Positions 1-7,146 of a DNA stretch of 64,000 nt are shown here, piece by piece; position 1 is the first letter of the stretch, and each line of letters opens with the position of its first letter. Origin of the DNA: an uncultured Planctomycetaceae bacterium (GTDB lineage: Bacteria > Planctomycetota > Phycisphaerae > SM23-33); the NCBI GenBank assembly GCA_964531695.1, contig CAZHEH010000004.1, positions 68,232 through 132,231 on the forward strand, given 5' to 3'. Position numbers and translations under genes: made by a program. The notes under the pieces are model-generated. The model saw only the letters and a program-made list of their open reading frames with translations, was not told the origin of the DNA and made no database searches.

Positions 1-1
1 C

Positions 2-796
2 CTCGAGCAGCCGGTGCGGGTCGCCCTCGATCACGGCCCGGTCCATGAACGCGCCGGGGTCGCCCTCGTCGGCGTTGCAGATCAAGTACTTGCGGTCGCT
101 CGGGGCGTCCGCGGCGAACTGCCATTTCCTACCGGTCGGGAAACCGCCGCCGCCCCGCCCGCGCAGGCCGCTTTCCGTCACGGCCGCCCGCACCTCCTCG
201 GGTGTCATCTCGCGCAGGGCGTGGGCCAGCGCGCCGTAGCCGTCCGAGGCGACGTACTCCTCGATGCGGGCCGGGTCTATCCGACCGCAGTTGGACAGCA
301 CCCACCGCGTCTGCCGCGCGAAGAACGCGTGCTCGTCCAGCCACGGCACGCCGTCCCACGGCCGTCGGCCTTCCGCGCCGCGGTACTGGCCGAGGGCCTT
401 GTCCGCCGGGGCCTGTCCCGCCAGGACGGCGTCCATGAGTTCGGCGACCTCGCCCGCCGTTACCTCGCGGAACGAGATGCGCGGCCGGTCAGGCAGTTGG
501 ACATCCACGATCGGCTCGGCCGCACAGAGGCCGACACAGCCGACCTCGACGACCTCGGCGTCCACCTGGGCCGATTCCAGGTAGGCCTGGAGCGCCTCGA
601 GCGTCTTGCCGGCGCCGGCGCCTAGGCCGCAAGTACCCGTTCCGACGAACACGGCCGGGCGCGTAAGCCGCTCGCGCCGCCAGTCGGCCAGCGTTTCCTC
701 CGGGCGATTCGTCGGGGTCGCGCCGTCGCGGAGGTACGCCACAAGCTCTTGGGGGGGCGGGGCGAGCGCGGTTTGTGTGTCAGTCAGCGTTGTCAT
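2..796 (-). CDS. nuoF: NuoF/HydB-family flavin-FeS subunit (bifurcating hydrogenase beta/NADH dehydrogenase-like), runs off the left edge
   Basis: Not in the ORF track; translated manually from ATG at 796. N-terminal thioredoxin-like 2Fe-2S motifs (VGTGTCGLGAG, GCVGLCAAEP), then SGLRGRGGGGFPTG and ICNADEGDPGAFMDR. Confidence 0.9.
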   Translation of the reverse strand, partial: MTTLTDTQTALAPPPQELVAYLRDGATPTNRPEETLADWRRERLTRPAVFVGTGTCGLGAGAGKTLEALQAYLESAQVDAEVVEVGCVGLCAAEPIVDVQLPDRPRISFREVTAGEVAELMDAVLAGQAPADKALGQYRGAEGRRPWDGVPWLDEHAFFARQTRWVLSNCGRIDPARIEEYVASDGYGALAHALREMTPEEVRAAVTESGLRGRGGGGFPTGRKWQFAADAPSDRKYLICNADEGDPGAFMDRAVIEGDPHRLLE

Positions 797-1277
797 GGGT
801 CTTGGTCTCTCCCGCATCGGCGCGTCGCCGGTAGCTGTCGAGGATGGCCTTGAGCCCGTCGGGCGTGACCTTGGCGTGGAACTCGCCGTCGATCGCGACG
901 ACCGGCGCCAGGCCGCACGCCCCGATGCACGCGACGACCTCCAGCGTGAACACGCCGTCACGGGTCGTCTGCCCCGGCTCGACTCCAAGCTCCTCCTGGA
1001 GCACGTCCAGCACCTTCGCCGAGCCCTTCACGTGGCAGGCCGTGCCGCGGCAGACCTGGATCGTGAAACGTCCCGGCGCGTCGAACCGGAACTGGTTGTA
1101 GAAGGTCGCCACGCCGTAGATCTTGCTCGCCGGCAGGCGAAGCCGCTGACCCACCTCCTGCACGACCTCCTTCGAGAGGTAACCGTCCGCCTGCTGAATC
1201 TCCTGGAGGATGGGAATCAGCGCATCCCGCCCGGCGTTGGGGTACTTGTCCAGAATGCTCTTGGTCTGTGCGGTCAC
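780..1277 (-). CDS. nuoE: NuoE/HydC-family 2Fe-2S subunit
   Basis: LIPILQEIQ, YGVATFY, CRGTAC and CIGACGLAP motifs; overlaps rex and nuoF. Confidence 0.93.
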   Translation of the reverse strand: MTAQTKSILDKYPNAGRDALIPILQEIQQADGYLSKEVVQEVGQRLRLPASKIYGVATFYNQFRFDAPGRFTIQVCRGTACHVKGSAKVLDVLQEELGVEPGQTTRDGVFTLEVVACIGACGLAPVVAIDGEFHAKVTPDGLKAILDSYRRRADAGETKTHDNAD

Positions 1278-1912
1278 GTTACTGCGTCCTCGTTGATCTC
1301 GCCCTGCCGGGCGAAGTACGCCGCCTTTTCAAGGGCCGTGGCCATGTCGATGTCTTCCACGTGTACGCCGTCCGCCACCCGCAACGAGACCGGCGCGAAG
1401 TTCAGCAGGCCGCGTACACCCGCCCGCACCAGCGCATCGGCCACTTCCTGGGCCTGATCGGCGGGCACCGCCACGATGCCCACGTCGATGCCCTCGGCAA
1501 GCGCCACCTTGCTCAGCTCGTCCATCCCGTACACACGGCAGCCCTGAAGCACCCGGCCGGTCAGGCGCGGGTCGCGGTCGAACGCCGCGGCAATCCTCAG
1601 CTTCGGCCGCCGCCCCCGGAAATACGCCAGCAAGGCCGTGCCGAGGTTGCCGACGCCCACCAAAGCCACCGTCTGCCCGCCGCTCGGGTCCAGGAATCGC
1701 TCGACGCTCTCCAGAAGCTCCACCACCACATAGCCATGCTGCGGGCTGCCGCTGTATCCGATCACCATCAGATCCCGGCGGACCTGCGCGGCCGTGGCAC
1801 CGCTCCGCCGGGCCAGCTCGTGCGAGAACACGGCCTCGACGCCGTCGCGAGCCAATTCGCGAAGCACGCGGCCGTACACGCTCAGACGCTGGATTGTGCG
1901 GGGAGATACCAT
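1274..1912 (-). CDS. rex: Redox-sensing transcriptional repressor Rex
   Basis: TIQRLSVYGR, QVRRDL, GVGNLG Rossmann motif and NFAP; start trimmed to the ATG at 1912. Confidence 0.96.
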   Translation of the reverse strand: MVSPRTIQRLSVYGRVLRELARDGVEAVFSHELARRSGATAAQVRRDLMVIGYSGSPQHGYVVVELLESVERFLDPSGGQTVALVGVGNLGTALLAYFRGRRPKLRIAAAFDRDPRLTGRVLQGCRVYGMDELSKVALAEGIDVGIVAVPADQAQEVADALVRAGVRGLLNFAPVSLRVADGVHVEDIDMATALEKAAYFARQGEINEDAVT

Positions 1913-1953
1913 GCTTCTGTCGGCTTGCCTTACTGTCCGTTCATTGCGTAACA

Positions 1954-1971
1954 CTGTTACATCTTTCACAG
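1954..1971 (-). promoter_or_regulatory. Rex operator (ROP)
   Basis: Minus strand reads CTGTGAA-AGAT-GTAACAG versus the Rex consensus TTGTGAA-N4-TTCACAA; lies just downstream of the rex -10 box. Confidence 0.75.
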
Positions 1972-1973
1972 TC

Positions 1974-2002
1974 ATTCTAGTAAACCATCGCCAATGCGTC
2001 AA
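1974..2002 (-). promoter_or_regulatory. sigma70 promoter of the rex-nuoE-nuoF operon
   Basis: TTGACG-N17-TAGAAT on the minus strand. Confidence 0.8.
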
Positions 2003-2167
2003 TCCCCCTGGGGCAGAAAACTCGAATTCTCCGTTACGCGGGGAACGCCGGCCGGAACCGCCGTCCGATGGCCTACAATGCGTTATACCCAGCGAATTGA
2101 CCCCAAGACCGAAGTTCGGTAGGTGTGTTGCACGTAGGTCCGAACTGAGTATTCGAGAGGAATCCAG

Positions 2168-3037
2168 ATGTCGGCCGCCCCACCTGCCGTTCTCGTCTGT
2201 CGTTGCACGCAATGCGCCCACGTGCCCGATGAGGTTCCCGCGCAAGTCCTGGAAGACCTATGGCACGCGGGCATCGCCTGCTACGCCGTGGATGACCTGT
2301 GCCGCCTGGCCGCCCGGAAGGACCCGATGCTGGCCGGCTTGGCCGCCGAGACGGACCTCACGGTCGTCGCGTGCCAACCACGGGCCGTACGTTGGCTCTT
2401 TCACGCGGCCGAGGCCGACGGGCTCAACGGCGGCCCGCACGTTCTCAACATGCGGCAGGCCGGCGCGGCGGAGATCGTGAAGCAACTCGTCCCTGGCGGC
2501 ACCCCCGCAAGCCGGCGTGCGGCGCGGCCGTCGCCCAGGCCCGAGCCCGATTCGGATTCGGACGGGTGGATGCCCTGGTTCCCCGTCATCGACTACGACC
2601 GCTGCACCGGATGCCGGCAGTGCCTGGGCTTCTGCCTTTTTGGCGTATACGCAGTCGAGGACGGCCGCGTCGTCGTTGCCCATCCGGACAAATGTAAGAC
2701 CTACTGCCCCGCCTGCGCGCGCGTGTGCCCGAATGGGGCCATCCTGTTCCCGAAGCATGAATCCGAGGCCATCAACGGCGGCGAGAACGGCGACGCCGGC
2801 GAACCCGTGCAGGTCGATCTGTCGAAGCTTGCCGGGGGGAACCTGCACGATACCCTCCGGCGACGCAGCCGGGCCGTCCGAAACGGGCAGGAGCCGCAGC
2901 AAGCGGACGAGCCCTGCGCCTGCTCGCGCTTGCGGGAGCTGCAAGAACAGCTCGGCATCCCGGACGACGTGATCCGGCGGATCGAGCGCGAGTCGAAGGG
3001 CGGCTCGCCTCCCCGCGCCGACGGGGGCGGCACTTGA
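2168..3037 (+). CDS. Ferredoxin-like protein (2x 4Fe-4S) with a Cys-containing N-terminal domain
   Basis: CTGCRQCLGFC and CKTYCPACARVCP motifs; extra Cys in VCRC, DDLC, VACQPRAV and CAC. Confidence 0.8.
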   Translation: MSAAPPAVLVCRCTQCAHVPDEVPAQVLEDLWHAGIACYAVDDLCRLAARKDPMLAGLAAETDLTVVACQPRAVRWLFHAAEADGLNGGPHVLNMRQAGAAEIVKQLVPGGTPASRRAARPSPRPEPDSDSDGWMPWFPVIDYDRCTGCRQCLGFCLFGVYAVEDGRVVVAHPDKCKTYCPACARVCPNGAILFPKHESEAINGGENGDAGEPVQVDLSKLAGGNLHDTLRRRSRAVRNGQEPQQADEPCACSRLRELQEQLGIPDDVIRRIERESKGGSPPRADGGGT

Positions 3038-4614
3038 TCGGTCCCGCCGCCCCACTTCGCCCGGCCGTGGTGCTCGTGGCCGACCCGACCCTCAGCGCGG
3101 ATTACAGTGTGCTGTTCGAGGGCATATTCGCCACAATGCAGACTTCCGAGGTGCCCTCCTGGCTGATGCGGCGTTTGATGTGTCGCCCGGCAGCCCGTGA
3201 CGCGCGCGGGCGGGCGCGGGTCGCCCCACTGGGCCTGCGGCGGATGGAAGCGTGTCTGCTCGCCCGGACGGGCCTCCGGCCCGAGGACATCGCCGTCGCC
3301 ACGCCCCAATGGGTCGACTCACTGCTCGGCCCGTGGACCCGCCTTGTCGCGGTCTCGAGCAGCGATCCGCTCGGGCGGGGCATGAGCAACTCGACGACCG
3401 TTCACTTCTGCCGCGGCGAGCTGTACACGCAGCTCTGGACCGACCGGCTCATGCGGCGAATTCGACGGTCCAAGGACGAGCACGGCTTCCGCGTGGTCGC
3501 GGGCGGGGGCGGCGCGTGGCAGTACGCCCAGGACGCCGAGGCGACCGAGCGGCACGGGGTCGACACGGTATTCGAGGGCTACTTCGAGCGGCAAGGCCCG
3601 GACCTGTTCCAACGTCTGGGGGCCGGCGGGCCCGCCCCGCCGCACGTGCGCGAGGACGGCGCCGCCCTGCCGGTCGAGCCGATCCGCGGGCCGAGCACGA
3701 TGGGCATGGTCGAGCTGTCCCGCGGCTGCGGCAAGGGATGCCGCTTCTGCATCGCCGGGCGGACCGCCATGGAGCACGTTCCGATCGACACGATCCTGGC
3801 CGACGTGGAACGAAACGTCGCGGCCGGGCTCTCGTGCGCCGTCAGCAGCAGCGAGGACTTCTTCCGCTACGGCGGCCGGGGGCCGCACGTGGACTACGAT
3901 GCCCTGCATGGCCTTCTCGTCCGTCTGGGCGAGATCGAAGGGCTGCGGCTGCTGCAGATCGACCACGGCAATGTATCCTCGATCGCCCAGCTCGACGTGC
4001 CGCAGCTCCGCGAACTCCGCCGCCTGCTGGCCCGAGGAGGCGCGTCGGAGTATCCGTGGGTCAACATCGGTGTCGAGAGCGCGAACGGAGCTCTCGTGGC
4101 CGCGAATGGGCCGGGCAAAGTCGCCCCCTTCCGCCCGGACGCCTGGGAAGGTCTCGTCCGGGACGTGGCGGCCCGGCTGCACGAGGCCGGCTTCTTCCCG
4201 GTCTTCAGCATCGTGCTGGGCCTTCCCGGAGAGGCCCCGGACGACGTCGCCCGGACCCGCCGGCTCGTCGAGGAGCTGAAACGCCGCCCCGCGGCCGTGT
4301 TCCCGGTGTTCCATCAACCGGTGCAACCCGATGCCGGAGATGCGCTTACGCCCGCCAACCTGCGCCCGGACCAGCTCGAGCTGTTCACCGCCTGCTACGA
4401 GGCGAACTTCCGCTGGGTGCCCCGGCTGTATTGGGATAATCAGCGTGCGGCCGGCGTTCGGTGGACGCGCCGCGCCCTGTTGCAGCTACTCGGGCGCGGC
4501 GAGGTGCGGCTGTGGAGGCGGCGCTTCCGTCGGATGCGGCGGCGCATCCGCCCCGGCTCGGGCGCCGGCGCGGCCGTGTTGGACTCCGCGGCCGGACAGG
4601 TCGAAGGAGCATAG
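3034..4614 (+). CDS. Radical SAM enzyme, class B-like; N-terminus resembles the archaeal Grs (GDGT ring synthase) family
   Basis: CxxxCxxC motif (CGKGCRFC); ~230-aa N-terminal domain containing APLGLRRMEA, DPLG and VVAGGGG; TTG start overlaps the upstream stop. Confidence 0.85.
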   Translation: MIGPAAPLRPAVVLVADPTLSADYSVLFEGIFATMQTSEVPSWLMRRLMCRPAARDARGRARVAPLGLRRMEACLLARTGLRPEDIAVATPQWVDSLLGPWTRLVAVSSSDPLGRGMSNSTTVHFCRGELYTQLWTDRLMRRIRRSKDEHGFRVVAGGGGAWQYAQDAEATERHGVDTVFEGYFERQGPDLFQRLGAGGPAPPHVREDGAALPVEPIRGPSTMGMVELSRGCGKGCRFCIAGRTAMEHVPIDTILADVERNVAAGLSCAVSSSEDFFRYGGRGPHVDYDALHGLLVRLGEIEGLRLLQIDHGNVSSIAQLDVPQLRELRRLLARGGASEYPWVNIGVESANGALVAANGPGKVAPFRPDAWEGLVRDVAARLHEAGFFPVFSIVLGLPGEAPDDVARTRRLVEELKRRPAAVFPVFHQPVQPDAGDALTPANLRPDQLELFTACYEANFRWVPRLYWDNQRAAGVRWTRRALLQLLGRGEVRLWRRRFRRMRRRIRPGSGAGAAVLDSAAGQVEGA

Positions 4615-4618
4615 CCGA

Positions 4619-6253
4619 ATGAACTCAAGCGAACGTGCCGACAAGGCGACCGTCCGGCGGCGGGTGAACCGCCCCGTCCAGCCGGGCATACCGGCCGCGA
4701 AGGCCGAGCGGGACCGGCTGCGGAGGGACATCCGCGCGTTCGTGGAGCGCGAAAGGGTCTCCCCGCCGTTGAGCGTGCCCGAACTCCAGGCCCTCGCCGC
4801 TCGCGCCGTGGACGCGCTCGGCACGGACGCCGCCTACCGCGACTTCGCTGCAATCCTCATCCACAACGCAGCGTGGCGCGAGACCGTCGCGGGCATCCCC
4901 TACGACCGCCGGCTGTTGCTGGTGCCGCAATGCCTCCGGGACGCCGAGCGCTGCCCGGGCGAGATCGACGAGTACGGCCTGCTGTGCCGGCGCTGCGGGC
5001 GGTGCGTGCTGGACGAGTTGCACGAGGAGGCCGAGGCGCTCGGATACGCGGTGATGGTCGCCGAGGGCTCAGCCGTGGTCATGTCGCTGGTTGAGTCCGG
5101 CCGGATTCAGGCGGTCGTCGGCGTAAGCTGCCTGAGCGTTCTGGAGCAGGTCTACCCGTACATGGAGGCGGGTGCGGTGCCGGGGCTGGCGATTCCTCTG
5201 CTGCAGGACGGCTGCCGCGACACGGCCGTGGACGTGGACTGGCTGCTCGAGGAGATTCACCGGTCCAGCGAGCACCCGTTCACCCGACTGGCCCTCGACG
5301 ACCTGCGGGAGCGCGTCGACGGCTGGTTCGCCCAAGAAGACCTGTACGACCTGCTGGGTCGGCCCGCCGGCGAGGCCGAGCGGCTCGGCCGGGACTGGCT
5401 GGCGCTGGCGGGCAAGCGCTGGCGCCCGTTCCTGGCGGCCACGGCCTACCAGGCCCTCTGCGACGAGCCGGACGCCCCCCTGCCGGCTGACGTTCGTCGG
5501 GCGGCCGTGGCGGTCGAGTGCTTCCACAAGGCGAGCTTGATCCACGACGACATCGAGGACGACGAGCGCGAACGCTACGGAGCGCCGACGATGCACGTCG
5601 CCCGCGGCGTGCCCGTGGCCCTGAATGTCGGGGACTTCCTACTCGGTGAGGGCTACCGCCTGCTGGCCGAGTGCGACGGGCCGGCCCCCGCGATGCTCCG
5701 GGCGGCCGCCCAAGGCCACCGCGAACTTTCGCTCGGACAGGGCGCGGAGCTGACCTGGCGCGGCGAGAGCCGTGAGCTGTCGCTGGAGGAGGTGCTGGAC
5801 ATCTTCCGCCGAAAGACGGCGCCGGCCTTCGAGGTCGCTCTACGCGTCGGGGCGGCGTGTGCCGGAGCCCCGGCCGAGCTGGACCGACCGATTTCGCGAT
5901 ACTGCGAGGCGCTCGGCATCGCCTACCAGATTCGCGACGACCTGCGGGACTTCGACGGGCACGACGGCGACCTGGCGGCCGGCCGGCCTTCGGTCGTGCG
6001 GGCACTGGCGCGGGCCAAGCTCCGCGGACCCGTGACGCCCGACGCGGCGAAGCGCTGCGGCGCGGTGGACGAGGCGTGGGCGCTGCTGGAGAGCCACAAG
6101 GACCGAGCGGTCCACTCGCTGGCGGAGATCGACAGCGTTGCGCTCAAGTGCCTGCTGCGCCGCATCCTCGGCAAGATCTTCTGCGATGTCGAGATCATGC
6201 CCTGCTGCAACGACGCGCCCCCGGACGACCCCGGCGCGTTCGAGCCGCGATGA
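4619..6253 (+). CDS. DUF116-like Cys-rich domain fused to a trans-polyprenyl diphosphate synthase
   Basis: LLVPQCLR, CRRCGRC and GVSC (DUF116-like); FARM HDDIEDD, KT motif and SARM YQIRDDLRD; RBS GAAGGAG before the ATG at 4619. Confidence 0.85.
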   Translation: MNSSERADKATVRRRVNRPVQPGIPAAKAERDRLRRDIRAFVERERVSPPLSVPELQALAARAVDALGTDAAYRDFAAILIHNAAWRETVAGIPYDRRLLLVPQCLRDAERCPGEIDEYGLLCRRCGRCVLDELHEEAEALGYAVMVAEGSAVVMSLVESGRIQAVVGVSCLSVLEQVYPYMEAGAVPGLAIPLLQDGCRDTAVDVDWLLEEIHRSSEHPFTRLALDDLRERVDGWFAQEDLYDLLGRPAGEAERLGRDWLALAGKRWRPFLAATAYQALCDEPDAPLPADVRRAAVAVECFHKASLIHDDIEDDERERYGAPTMHVARGVPVALNVGDFLLGEGYRLLAECDGPAPAMLRAAAQGHRELSLGQGAELTWRGESRELSLEEVLDIFRRKTAPAFEVALRVGAACAGAPAELDRPISRYCEALGIAYQIRDDLRDFDGHDGDLAAGRPSVVRALARAKLRGPVTPDAAKRCGAVDEAWALLESHKDRAVHSLAEIDSVALKCLLRRILGKIFCDVEIMPCCNDAPPDDPGAFEPR

Positions 6254-7146
6254 CCCTCCGCGAAGAGATGACTGTCACGGCCCGCCGCGGGGCTGCCGCC
6301 CTCGGCCCGGCGGCGGCCGACGCCGCCGCGTTCGTCGCCTCGCGACGCGGCCCGAACGGCGGCTGGACCGGCCGCTCCGGGGAGGACGACCTGTACTACG
6401 GCGTCTTCGCCACGGCCGCGCTGGCCGCGCTGGGGCAAGACGCGTGCGACCCCGAGCTGCGCGCATGGCTGGCGGCCGCGCCGGAGCCCGACGCCCTGGA
6501 CCTGGTCCACCTGAGTTCGCTGATCCGCTGCCGGGCGACGGCCTGCCCGGAGCAACTGGACGAGACCTTCCGCACGGCCGCACTGGCGCGACTCGGGGCG
6601 TTTCGCAGCGCCGACGGCGGCTACGCGCTCGTTCCGGCCGGACGATCCGGCAGCGCATACGGCGCGTTCCTGGCGCTCGGGGCGCTCCAGGACCTGGGCG
6701 CTGCAGCGGACGACCCCGACGCCACGGCCGGGGCTCTGGCCGCGCTTCGCCCGTCCACCGGCGGCTACTGCAACGAGACGGCGGTCCCCGCGCCGTCCGC
6801 GCCGGCGACCGCCGCGGCCGTGGCCGTCCTGCACCAGCTCGGCCGGCCGACGGATGACGCGGCCCTGAGGTGGCTGCGCGAGGCGTGCTACCGCGGCGGC
6901 GGCTTCACGGTCGTGCCCGCACTGCCCGTGCCGGACCTGCTCTCCACAGCGGTGACCGTGCACGCCCTGGCCACCTGCGGCTTTCCCCTCGGCGACATCG
7001 CGGGCGAGGTACGCGAGTTCGTAATGGCCCGTCGCACCCCAGCCGGCGGCTTCTGCGCGTCGGCCGCCGACACCGAGCCGGACGTCGAGTACACGTTCTA
7101 CGGGCTGATGGCGATGGGACACGTCGCCGCGGAGGGGGACGGATGA
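6250..7146 (+). CDS. Prenyltransferase/squalene-oxidase-repeat (alpha/alpha barrel) protein
   Basis: Repeated QW-like motifs (GPNGGW, SADGGY, STGGY, GGGF, TPAGGF) and DVEYTFYGL; ATGA overlaps at both ends. Confidence 0.75.
   Translation: MTLREEMTVTARRGAAALGPAAADAAAFVASRRGPNGGWTGRSGEDDLYYGVFATAALAALGQDACDPELRAWLAAAPEPDALDLVHLSSLIRCRATACPEQLDETFRTAALARLGAFRSADGGYALVPAGRSGSAYGAFLALGALQDLGAAADDPDATAGALAALRPSTGGYCNETAVPAPSAPATAAAVAVLHQLGRPTDDAALRWLREACYRGGGFTVVPALPVPDLLSTAVTVHALATCGFPLGDIAGEVREFVMARRTPAGGFCASAADTEPDVEYTFYGLMAMGHVAAEGDG

Noticed and set aside
14-1457. + strand ORFs 14-625 and 606-1457
   Set aside because: Shadows of nuoF/nuoE; the real minus-strand ORF runs off the window and was missed by the track.
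1913-2245. N-terminal extension of rex in the ORF track
   Set aside because: Spans the promoter/operator region; Rex homology starts at ATG 1912.
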